A stretch of DNA of 64,000 bases from Mizuhopecten yessoensis (lineage: Eukaryota). Where the stretch lies: the NCBI RefSeq assembly GCF_002113885.1, contig NW_018405342.1:1735873-1799872 (forward strand), read 5' to 3'. The notes under the pieces are model-generated. The model did not search any database. It saw only the letters and a program-made list of their open reading frames with translations, and was not told the origin of the DNA. Position numbers and translations under genes: made by a program. Positions 29,338 to 40,153 of the stretch are shown here, one piece after another (position 1 is the first letter of the stretch; every line of letters begins with the position of its first letter).

Positions 29338-29460
29338 TATGACATTCATTAGCAGGTGACAGTGAATATTGTCAACCCTCAAAAACCCATTGTCACCCTC
29401 GGCTTCGCCTCGGGTGACAATGGTTTTCTCGGGTATTCATAAAAGCTAATGAATGTCATA
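29338..29460. repeat. Long hairpin, likely the terminus of a non-autonomous DNA element
   Basis: Perfect 16-bp arms tatgacattcattagc / gctaatgaatgtcata enclosing ccattgtcaccc-tcggcttcgcctc-gggtgacaatgg. Confidence 0.75.
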
Positions 29461-29475
29461 CTTATATAATATCGC

Positions 29476-29720
29476 TTCTGATACACAAAACCTGATTGAC
29501 TATAATACTGTACATCTTAAAGCTTTTGATACACCAAACCTGATTGGCTTATACATCCTTCAGTGTCTGTTACAAAACCCCTGATTGGCTATATTACATG
29601 TACATCCTATCATCTCTGATACATAAAACCTGATTGGCTTATACATTCTTTAGTGTCTGTTACGCAAACTCTGGTTGGCTATATTATTTCCTATAGCATG
29701 TGATACACAAAACCGGTTAA
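29476..29720. repeat. Degenerate ~40-48-bp tandem repeat (ctgatacacaaaacctgattggct...)
   Basis: About 5-6 recurrences of aaacctgattggct. Confidence 0.7.
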
Positions 29721-30844
29721 CTTTATAAAAAAAAACACCATAACATCTTATTCTCACACACTTCAAATGTACAGGAACGTATCTGCAAAGGGAAATATAA
29801 ACCCGCCTTGGTCTACCTAAATAAAAACAGTTCAGAAGCGTATTTATAGAATCGCCACTTAATAATAGAATCGTGACATCAGGTAGGATCGCTGTCAACA
29901 ATATGTCATGCGTCAATACTTTAATAATGGCGCGTTGCATGGGATAATCCATTACAGCTTAAGAGTTAATGACGACGGGAAAGTGTTGAAGGAAAAAAAT
30001 GTAAATCACTTCTGTATGTGATAGACCAAGAAATATCAACCATTGGAAAAGCTGTTAGAAGTACAGCCCTCAGTAACGCTTCGTGCTTTAACACACTGAA
30101 CCTTAACATTCGTGCCCTAGGTTTGAGGATGACGTCATGGTATAGCTGTGGACTAGTTATCCTATACATTTTTAAGTGACAGAGAAATGCAATCATGGGG
30201 TTGACAAAGAAAATCTCAACCGTCGGGGTAAGCGTCACACGTGTCAATACCCTAGCATAGCCTTGGGATGGATATTAAATTATCCCACCCAATCGATTGA
30301 AATGTTTCTGTCTTAAATGTACCCCATATTGAAGGAATATTTCTATCAAATTCATCATCTCATAAATACATAAGTTTGATACTGTACAATGTACAGTGTT
30401 GAGCCACAGGGAACAGACACAATGATACAGTCGAAATAGTAAATACTATACGTGTTAATCCCATGTGTGTTTTGGGATCACCACGAACTGACAGCTCGAG
30501 TTCGGGTGTTGGCTGTACAAGTCGATTTGTCACTACTGTTGTCATTTAACAAAAAGTCAATACACTATGTGTACTTCTTTCGATCCAGAAACGTAGGTTA
30601 TCAGGGTGTTTAAGTAGAACATGGCTTTTAAAATGAATAAACTTATTTTCAGACAAACTCACCCCACCTAGATATACATAATATGGCGAGACAGAAGTAG
30701 TGTTAGACAAATATAGATGGAATTAATTTTATATATTAGTTCTTATGAAATGGTGACACATATTTTCATGAAAATAAAATCACCCTGAGCGCACCCAGAA
30801 CCCATCTCACAGGTCAATGTGACATACCTACAGCACTGATGCCA

Positions 30845-30960
30845 TACATAGAAATATTGCCGGGCCCCCGTGATATTATTAAGACACATGCAGAAATATT
30901 GCCGGGCCACTGTGCTATTATCAAGACACATGCAGAAATATTGCCGGGCCCCTGTGACAT
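30845..30960. repeat. 42-bp tandem repeat, three copies
   Basis: acat(a/gc)agaaatattgccgggcc occurs three times; ORF-track repeat ARQYFCMCL. Confidence 0.8.
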
Positions 30961-31070
30961 TAACATGCAGTTTAAAGATACATATAGATTTTTCCGGGTC
31001 CCTGTCACATGCTGGCTTAGAACATACGAGAATTTTTGATCTGGAAGAATATATATCAAATGCAATATTC

Positions 31071-31275
31071 ACACAGGGACCTGCAAATTTGTTACAGCTA
31101 TATTTGGACCAAAATTGAGGTGTTTAGATTAATTTAACAGGTATATACAATCATTAGGGGTGGCGTTTGTACCGAAAATTGATGTTAACCCCTAAACCGT
31201 GCAAAATTACTTTGAACACCTCAATTTAGGTTCAAATACTGTACATGTATAGTACAAATGATCAGGTCCCTGTGT
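31071..31275. mobile_element. MITE with ACACAGGGAC termini
   Basis: acacagggacctg...aaattgaggtgtt / aacacctcaattt...caggtccctgtgt inverted arms. Confidence 0.7.
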
Positions 31276-31560
31276 TTGTACACTATTTTAAATGATCATC
31301 GGCTTTTCACTAGTTTTCAAAACTTTTGTTCTCTTTCAGATCAACGAAAACAGCAGTGACAATGGGAAAAACCTCTTTTGACACCAATCCGTAGATTGAT
31401 ATCATTTTGGCGAATAACAGCTTCCCTTGATGATCAGGTACGAGACCTTGATCCATGCTACCAAGCAGCTTCAAGTTCCATGTTGTTTGTTAAGTGAACA
31501 AATATAAATGAATTATTGGGTTTAAATTTAGAATTGCTATTTAGTATGTTTGGATTTACA

Positions 31561-31641
31561 TAGAATGCGCCTCATACCAGGAAGTGGGTTACAAAGTATA
31601 TACTGTGTAACCCGCTTCCTGGCATGAGGCCACGCATTCTA
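31561..31641. repeat. ~80-bp palindrome/hairpin
   Basis: tagaatgcg.cctcataccaggaagtgggttaca...tgtaacccgcttcctggcatgagg..cgcattcta. Confidence 0.75.
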
Positions 31642-31840
31642 CATACCCGCTGCATGAAAAGATCATTCTATACACCAGGCCTCACTGAACACAACGGAAA
31701 GTATCGTCGAATATCCGCCAAATCTGTAGTTGATACTAAAACAAGTTAGTACCACGGAAGTTTGCTAATCCAGGATTCTTATTTAGATAAAAAACGACTT
31801 TCGTGATTAATGAAAAAATGGATTACCGAGGTGTCACTTT

Positions 31841-32050
31841 ACACAGGGACATGGGAATTTGTTACACCAGCTGTATTTATACCTATAAACTGATGTATTC
31901 AGTTGTGGTTTAGATCAACTCTCGGTTAACCTGCCCCTGTTCAGTGATATGGGGTGTTGATGTTAACGTCCATTACTTCTAGCATTACACCCTGTACATT
32001 ATCATAGGTCTCGACATACCAACTGTAACACTGATTCTCACGTCCCTGTG
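31841..32050. mobile_element. Second MITE with ACACAGGGAC termini
   Basis: acacagggacatgggaat...attctcacgtccctgtgt. Confidence 0.6.
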
Positions 32051-32220
32051 TCACTGTACTCTTGTTCCGTCAAAAGTCGTGTCACAGTTAGTAGGATCAT
32101 TTTTTATGCAAACTAGATACAGAATGTTAAGAACACAGTTACATAGAATAGTCATTCTAGTACAGTAAAGCTCCTTTAAACTGAATTGTCTGTTTTCTCA
32201 AATATTTCATTTCAAAATAT

Positions 32221-32226
32221 TTTATT
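32221..32226 (-). terminator. Candidate polyadenylation signal (AATAAA) of the eEF2-like gene
   Basis: tttatt on + strand about 430 nt downstream of the stop codon. Confidence 0.4.
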
Positions 32227-32658
32227 ACATCAATCAGATTTAATGGGAATTGGGCAACATGCAAAGCATATACAAGCCCTCTCCCTCTCTCAAATATTAT
32301 CGAATAACAAGTTTTCTGGGTTATAATGACAAGGGAAGTGTAACTTAGACGAATGGTTCAGTTTCACCTTTATCCATAAAGTGTATAACAAAAGTGTTTT
32401 TGGAATATATGGTGCCGTATAAACGAGATTCCATTGTATAAGACCCCATAATATTAGGCTACATAATCGATTACACATAATCCGGATTCTAAGTATACAA
32501 TCCAGGCAAGGGGTAGATAACCCGTGAACACACACTGACGCCCCCCAAACCAATGACGAAAAAATACACAATATGCAATATTGTATGAGAGGTTGATTGT
32601 CGTTATCAATTTTGAAAATTAATCTCCTGGTTTTCATGTCAACCCACATGAATTACAA

Positions 32659-35261
32659 TCATGCGGAACTTGCGTGTGATCCGGGAATATCAGAAGGCAG
32701 TCCCTTTCTTGCCCTCGTTTCCATGGCAACAAGTGCAGCCGCCGATTCAGGATCAAGAGGGTCACTGTTCATTAGTTCCCAATGGTCAAATGCAACTTCG
32801 ACACGCTTAGCGGAACTGCCCAGCTCACCACTGATTCCTAAACACTTTTCACCGGGAAGGAAACAGCAAACAACCGACATTGGGGTGCGTCCCAATCGTC
32901 GTTCCTCGAGTAATCTCCCCTGTCTATTCGTAAACGTCTCCCTGACAGTGCGCGTGGCCTGGTGAGAGCAGATGACCTCCACGCGGAACAGAGCCTCCAT
33001 TAGACGTGGAACAGACGCAATGATACTGCCTTGTATCGCTCGGCGGATCGCTACAACAACGTCCGAATCGTCCGCGAGCTGCCATTTTGCATAGCGCACT
33101 TCGATCCTGACACCCCGCATGCTCTCTTCACATAAAATACCTTCCCGAGCGGCCCACTGGAAACCGGATATAATGCTGTCCTTAATGTGCCCTTGGTCGC
33201 GAACCTGTTTAGAAATGTAGTACAGCAAATTCAAGCCAGAACTACCAGGACCAAAAGACCATAGTCTGTCGGCCTCACTGACATCATATCCAAAGTTTTT
33301 CGCGAGGTATTCAGCCCTTGCTTCAGGATCCTGGTCGGCTGAAATAAATCCCTCCTCAATACATTCACATAGACCATTCGGCAGAGGTTTTGTCTTGATG
33401 GAGATTTCGTTTTTCTTATTGTTCGGGCAAACTGCAGTACACAACATTTCCGGTTCCTCTGTAACGGTTTCCCGGTAAGCCACGTGCAGTTTAGTTGGTT
33501 TCAAAACCATCTGTTTTTCCAGGTAGGACTTGCACCTCAGCATGAGATGCTCGCTAGTACCAGTGAGAATGTGAAGGCCGGACGCCGCTATCGAGCATTC
33601 TAGTACCGGATGCAGCTTCATAAGTCTCTTGATTTCGATCAAAAGGTTAGGAGCATCTCCTGGATTTTTTTGATCAATGTCCAGTTGAACAACTGGGCTG
33701 ACACTATGTCTAATATCGGTAAACACAACCGGGCTGCTGTGTGACGTCACTACCCCCATCTTGGCGATCATCTGTTCAACGCCACGTATTGCACACAAGT
33801 TACCACAGATGACTTCCGGTACTGGACATATTTTGTCCCCAATTACAATTGAGGTTTCACTTATTTTGGTTTTTCGTTGAGATTCTTTTATTTCCGATCC
33901 GGACACGATCGACCCAGAAAACACACGACCGATCGCGTACAATGTATTTGTTTCTCCGATCTGGTACCATTTTGTTACGTACATGATCAATGGACCTGAA
34001 GGGTCACATGTTTTAACAGCGGAAGTGCCGACTGCGTCTGTCTTACGACTGACTAGCAGTTCGGATCTGTATCGCTGAGATGTTTGCGGTGAAGGGAGAT
34101 GAATAACGATCATTGTCAACAGGGAGTTTGATATCGGTAGCCATTGACACATCATTTCTTGAACATTTGTTCTCGTGTTTGTCTCGTTGTTGTCCAAACT
34201 CATCTGCACACCTAGATTCTCGATCAAATCAGGTAGCGCGCTTCCCTGAACATTTCCGGATGCTTCAAACAACTTAAAAATTGGGTCAAGGACAAAGAGG
34301 TTGAACGCCCGGATGTAATCTTTACTTGGTTCATTCTTCCACTTCTTTTGTGACGAGTTATAGAAGTTATCGCCCCACAGCTTACTGAGAAGCACACTAG
34401 GTGCCACTTTTAACTTCTCCGCCTGCTTCGCTGCTATTTCCCCGAGAGTAACCCCCCAGCTTTGTGATGCAGATCCAAACAACACGTTACCTTTGACCGG
34501 TGAAAATTGGACGCTTCCCATTGGTCCAGACTCGTCGCTGTACGTTGCCATGACACCCTTGGCAGCCTCTACGACACTGTGGATTGTCTGGTACAAATCT
34601 TCCTGCGAAAGTTTATGCTCCATGATAGCGCGGTCAATATTGTTTACGAATAGGACTGGTTTGACCCTCTCCCGGATGGACTGTTTAAGAACTAGTTTAG
34701 TATCCAGTGTTACACCGGAAATACAGTCAACCATTACCACGGCTCCGTCCATCATTCGTAAGGTAGTATCCACTTCCGCTGAGAAATCCACACTTCCGGG
34801 TGTGTCCAAAATGTTAATCACAAAGTCAGTATTGCCCTCCACAGCTTCCATACCTGGGAGATCGGCCGGAGCGCACGTGTGGTAAAGGCAGGTTAGATTG
34901 GCTGCCATAGGGTCCACGTCATACTTTCTACACCGGCCACTCTCTTCAGCGGTCAAATTCGGGCCGGCCTTTCTATTGAGACCATTCATTAGCGGTACCA
35001 TACCACTATCGGTCCCGCCTATTACAGCCACATTTCTTACGCTTTCCGGAATCTTCATAACTCTCCGTACTTCCTCCATTCCTACGCCCGCCATCTTGAC
35101 TGTACCTACGTGTGTAATACCAAATGTCAATATTCCGCCCTCACTCGTACTAAACGTCTGGCAAACGAGCTCGCCTTTGTTCATGTGTCGCTAGATTTTT
35201 ACCTTTACTTTTGTGCCTGTATTATATTGAGTGAACACCATCACATACCGTAGTCAGCCAT
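32659..35261 (-). CDS. Divergent elongation factor 2-like protein (eEF2 paralogue, predicted GTPase-dead, no diphthamide His). Model: exon 1 35249-35261 (MADYG), exon 2 32659-35105; alternative start ATG 35094
   Basis: 841-codon uninterrupted ORF colinear with eEF2 over domains G to V: VRNVAVI, INILDTPG-VDFSAEV, DGAVVMVDCISGV, ERVKPVL, DESGPMG, LWGDNFY, LDPIFKLF, IHLPSP, GRVFSG, SVSPVV, YRETV, WSFGP, GFQWAAREGILCEESMRGVR, PRLME, FDHWE, ETRARKGL. M31 (gtcaagATGG, 35094) aligns to the eEF2 start. In-frame phase-1 intron G|GTATGT...TAG|GT at 35106-35248. Confidence 0.93.
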
Positions 35262-35311
35262 GCGGAAACGAGCAAAGCTCGTATCGGTATACAAAGCAAC
35301 CTACTGGTCTA

Positions 35312-35319
35312 TTTATATA
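35312..35319 (-). promoter_or_regulatory. TATA box (TATATAAA) of the eEF2-like gene
   Basis: About 50 nt upstream of the proposed first ATG at 35261. Confidence 0.5.
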
Positions 35320-35501
35320 CACCTACCCGTAACTGGGACAGAGTTAATTACCGAGCATTGTGCTGACAAATATCAGCTATATCTGCCACACCTTTCAGCT
35401 GATAAAGAAGTCGATTTTACGTTAAGTCTGGCTCCTAAATAAAACTGCAAATCCCCTCATTATTCCGGTTTCTAATATAAATAATCCGGGAAATGCCATT
35501 G

Positions 35502-35930
35502 CGGACGCATATAAACAGCAGTGACGTACACGTTTCGACATTCCGGACGCATGTATAGAGCAAGGACGTACGAGGTTCGACATTCCGGGCGTAGATGTAG
35601 GGCAGAGACATACAAGTTTCGATATTCCGGACGCGTATATAGAACAAGGACGTACAAGTTTCGACATTCCGGACGCATATATAGAGCAGGGACGTTCAAG
35701 TGTGGACATTCCGGACGCATATATAGAGCAGGGACGTACAGCTTTCGACATTCCGGACGCATATATTGAGCAGGGAGTACATGTTTCGATATACCGGACG
35801 GTTATATATAGCAGGGACGTACAGGTTTCGATATTACGGACGCATATATAGAGCATGGACGTTCAAATTTCGAGATTCCGGACGCATATGTAGAGCAGAG
35901 ACGTACAAATTTCGATAGTCCGGACGCACA
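35502..35930. repeat. CpG-rich 42-bp minisatellite, ~10 units (gtttcgacattccggacgcatatatagagcagggacgtacaa)
   Basis: Visible tandem array; 14-aa periodicity in the ORF track. Confidence 0.93.
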
Positions 35931-35992
35931 TACGCATACGTTTCAATTGACTGCTCCATCCTCCTATACTTTCGTAGTGTATTTGTTTGAAA

Positions 35993-38900
35993 TGTATCAT
36001 TGCATTGACTGTATGATATGTATATAATCCCTGTGGTATTAATGACGGTACAATACGAGACCCATTCTAAAGCAATTGGGAGATACATAGTGCTTAGATA
36101 AGTTTTCACCTCAATTTGAAATTAAAAAAACCCACATACAGATTAAAGCAAAAACGTGATCGTCTAATTAAAAATTGTTTATGTGACTCAATATGAGGGA
36201 ATCCCTAGATTTAAATCCCATGTATTTTTAGTCTAATTCCCAGACCCCTGTCAACCAAAATGAATATGATGTCGGTTTAATTAACCACAGGTCCATGTGG
36301 GATATTCTGCACCAGTCTTGTTCCATCCCCGGACTAGTACCAGTCAGCCTGATTTTCCCATGTAGTCAAAAATAACTGTCTCCCTTTGAAAAAAAGATCG
36401 TCCGGAGATAGACTACGTTCCCTTCATTCTATAAAGGGGAAAAAAATAGTTATTAAAGACTTATTCCCATGCGCCTGTGTGAACTGAACCCAGTGTTGTC
36501 CCTGTTTCCGATGACTGCACAGTCAGTTCCCTTTGCAATAGAATCAGTCAAATTTCTAGCCCCTACGGCAAGCCGTTTAGACATTTAATACTATTTCATT
36601 TTAAGGTAATCGGGATATGCTTTTTTTCAAATGTGAAGAAAAGAATTAGGTTCTAGATACGCTCAGCCTCTTCTCCGAATTTTCACATTACGTCCGATTA
36701 TGATAATATTCCTGTAAAGACACGGACTTTCTCAGGGTAATGTAAATTGTATGGTGATTCTGAGAGTTTCACAAGTATTATTTGCATAACACCTCGAATT
36801 CCTTTCACGGCCTAAACTATAACTAGAGCCGCGGGTCCCACTTTTAGATTTCTAAACGCGATCAACCGACTTTGGGCCTCAGATTACCGTAGGTACTTAC
36901 ATAGAAAAGGTTGTGTTCGGTCATTTTGTGTTTTATTGGGGGATGTTTCATAAAGAATAGAATTGTATACGTTCATGACTTACGAAGAAAACTAAGTTTA
37001 GAGTTTTATAAACTGATATATCTCTCTTGTGTTCCTCTGATGGGACGGAATTTAATTAAAATAATAAACATTAAATGTTATGTTAAATCAAACTAATAAG
37101 AAAACCGTATGATCTTCTGGAGTTGTTCGGGATCATGGCTCTGGAGGAGACGATACTTGTCTTCATCATTTACACATCTCGATACTGCAATTTCATATTT
37201 TGGACTTGTTAACTGTTAATGCTACATAGGGCCTACAACTAATTTCGAGACTGTTTCTACAATAACGCACGAAGGGAGGTAGTTCAAGGTACACATTCAA
37301 CGTTTACTTCGTGGTATCCTGAACACGTTTTGATCGGCAGCTCCAGCCTCTTGTACTTTTGTCATGCATTTTTGTTTATAAATGTATAATTGCATTGACT
37401 ATATAATATGTACAGGACAGTCCGATGTTCATGTCCCTGTGGTAATGACGTACACTACGAGATCCGCCTGATTCCGTCAAGCTGAAACCTTCTAAAGCAA
37501 TTTGAAGATACATAGTGCTTAGATAAGTTTTCGTCTTAATTTTGAAATATAAAACACATACAGCTTAGAGCAAAAACGTGATCGTCTAATTAAAAATTGT
37601 TAATGTGTCTAAATATCAGGGAATCCCTAGATGTGAATCCCATGTATTTTTAGTCTAATTCCCAGACCCCTGTCACCCAAAATGAATATGATGTCGTAAC
37701 CCCGTGTGCATGTGAGATATTCTGCACCAGTCTTGTTCCTAAGTCGATACATGATCGACTCCAAATCACTATGCTCAGTTTGATCCCCAGACTCCTGTGT
37801 TTTTATATATCGTTATGAAAGTACAAGTCAGCCTGATTTTCCCCATGTAGTCCAAAATAACGATCTCCTCTTAAAAAAAGATGGTGCGGAGACAGACCCT
37901 ATGGCAATTCAATTAATACTTATTCATCTTAAGGTAATCGGGATATGCTCTTTTTCAAATGTAAAGAAAAGAATTAATTTCTAGTTTTATAGATAGCTTA
38001 GCCCCAAAGCTCCCTTCTCCGATTTTCACACTCTGAATTCAACAGGTATGTTCACATTACGTCCGATTGTGATAATATATCTGTAAAGATACGGACTTTC
38101 GCAGGGTAATATAAATTGTATGGTGATTGAATGAGAGTTTCACAAGTATTACATAACACCTGGAATTCCTTTCACGTCCTAAACTATAACTAGAGCCGCG
38201 GGTACCACTTTTAGATTACTAAGCGCGATCAACCGACTTCGGACCTCAGATTACCGTACGTACTTACATAGAAAAGGTTGTGTTCGGCCATTTTGCGTTG
38301 TATCGGGGGATGTTTCATAAAGAAAAGAATTCTATACGTTTATGACTTACGGAGAAAAACCAAGTTCAGAGTTGTATTAACTGATTTATATCTCTCTCAT
38401 GTTCCCATCGACGCCAAAGCAGGGACAGAATTTAATTTAAGAAAAATAAACATTATGTTAAATCCAATTTATACGAAAACCGTGAGATCTTCTCGAGTTG
38501 TTGGGGATCATGGCTCTGGTGGAAATGATATTTTTCTTCGTCATTTACACATCTCGATTCAGCAATTTCATATTTTGGACTTGTAAACGGTTAACGCTTC
38601 AAGTGTTTTATACTGCACGTCTTTCATAGAGCCTACAACTAGTCATTTGATTCAGAAATGAACTTTGAACTGTTGTGTCACCCAATGTCGTCCCTGACTT
38701 AAATTTAGTATCATAACATTGCCGATGGTAGAAATTAAATTAAATTCAATGGTATGCATATGCATGAGCTAACGGTTACGTGTCATCGGGGAAGATGTCA
38801 GGTGACGTAGGGTTTATGTAGTGTGTGCACGCGCTAGTGCGCTCTTTCGAGTTCGTTGCTCAACACAGTACTACGTACGGCTTAATTACGAAACTTTCGA

Positions 38901-39110
38901 ATGAGCAACGAGCTATAATCCCATTTATGTGTTTGTGTTATCAATTGATTTTTTTTTTTTTTTTATATGCGGACGATTGGTATGAGGGAGAATATAAATA
39001 CATGTTATGATGCGAAGCTTAAGTCTGTTGTGTTACAAGTTCCACAATAACGTATGAAGGGAGGTAATTCATGGAACACACAAAAAGTTTACCTTGTGGT
39101 ATCCTGAACA
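35993..39110 (+). repeat. Diverged tandem duplication: copy 1 ~35993-37326, copy 2 ~37383-39110
   Basis: Colinear shared blocks such as gagatacatagtgcttagataagttttc, agtctaattcccagacccctgtca, cctaaactataactagagccgcgggt, gcaatttcatattttggacttgt, gaagggaggta..gtggtatcctgaaca. Paralogous spurious ORFs at 36911 and 38278. Confidence 0.9.
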
Positions 39111-39480
39111 TTGTTTCTGATTACTTCTTTAAATGTTGTTTAAAATGATGTCGCTAAATTCATTTTGTTCATGTTTGCATTTTGATTGTCTTCCCTTAAT
39201 GCCTTTCAATATTTAAAACAGTAATTGGTAATATTGTATAATTATACTTACAACATCGACATCGCTTTAGTTACCAGCCCCTGAATTCTAACATTTACTT
39301 GTAAACATATCTTGTAACTCATTTTAAAACTGAATTTACATGCATTAAATGTTTAGTATCCTCAACACAAAAAACACGAATGTTTAATATAAATTAAGCA
39401 GGTAATTTACAAGACATTACAATCTAAGTTGCTTTCACAGACAGTTTATGAACATTTGTTTATTGTTTCAGACTGGTTAT

Positions 39481-39670
39481 GTAGAGGTTACCAGACGATT
39501 GATAGATAGTTATCATGTTATCTAACTCGTGTTAGTTAATCTTCAAGTTGTATTAAGACACGAGGTTTACTGGGTGTCTTTAACAATTCGAAAACTAGAG
39601 TTAGATAAACATGGTAACTAATCATCACGAGTTTGGGGACCTGTTTCTCCAATAACGTTCGTATTTTATC
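39481..39670. mobile_element. Hairpin-forming dispersed repeat, copy 1
   Basis: tagaggtt...ttatctaactcg...gaggtttac...cacgagtttggggacctgtttctcc matches 51109-51275. Confidence 0.7.
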
Positions 39671-40025
39671 TGAAAAACAACATTTTGTTATCCTGACTTT
39701 TGGCAATGTTGATCAATATATATATAATTAATTTGTAGAGATAAATTTGGATTGTGTTACCTAAAAGGCATTTCATACATGCCAGATGCATGGTAACATC
39801 ATGTACTTTATTTCTATTTAAATATAAGATTTGAAGGAAAACAGATATTTATTTAATGTGATAAATAGCGATAACAATCGTTAACTCTCATAATTCAAGA
39901 TGGCCACACGTCGACCGTCTTTGTTTTCTCATATTACGGAGCATGCTTAACCCACGTGCGATACACAGGAAAAATCCTTTAGGCACTTTCTTAAAAAAAA
40001 TAGCGCCAACAAATATTGTTTAAGA

Positions 40026-40153
40026 ACGGACCATAGACCACGGATGGTCACGGACCATAGACCACGGATGATCACGGACCATAGACCACGGATGATCACG
40101 GACCACTGACCACGGATGACCAAGGACCATAGACCACGGATGAACACAGACCA
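40026..40153. repeat. 24-bp minisatellite (acggaccatagaccacggatgatc), ~5 units
   Basis: Visible tandem array; IRGLWSVI periodicity. Confidence 0.9.

Noticed and set aside
32659-35184. Calling the gene canonical EEF2, EFL1 or EFTUD2
   Set aside because: Catalytic and diphthamide motifs are absent and EFL1/EFTUD2-specific extensions are lacking, so no symbol is assigned.
32597-35194. + strand ORFs 32597-32965, 34493-34885 and 34898-35194
   Set aside because: Antisense shadows of the eEF2-like CDS.
35422-35856. Repetitive ORFs (CSIYASGMSK...)
   Set aside because: Translations of the 42-bp minisatellite in several frames.
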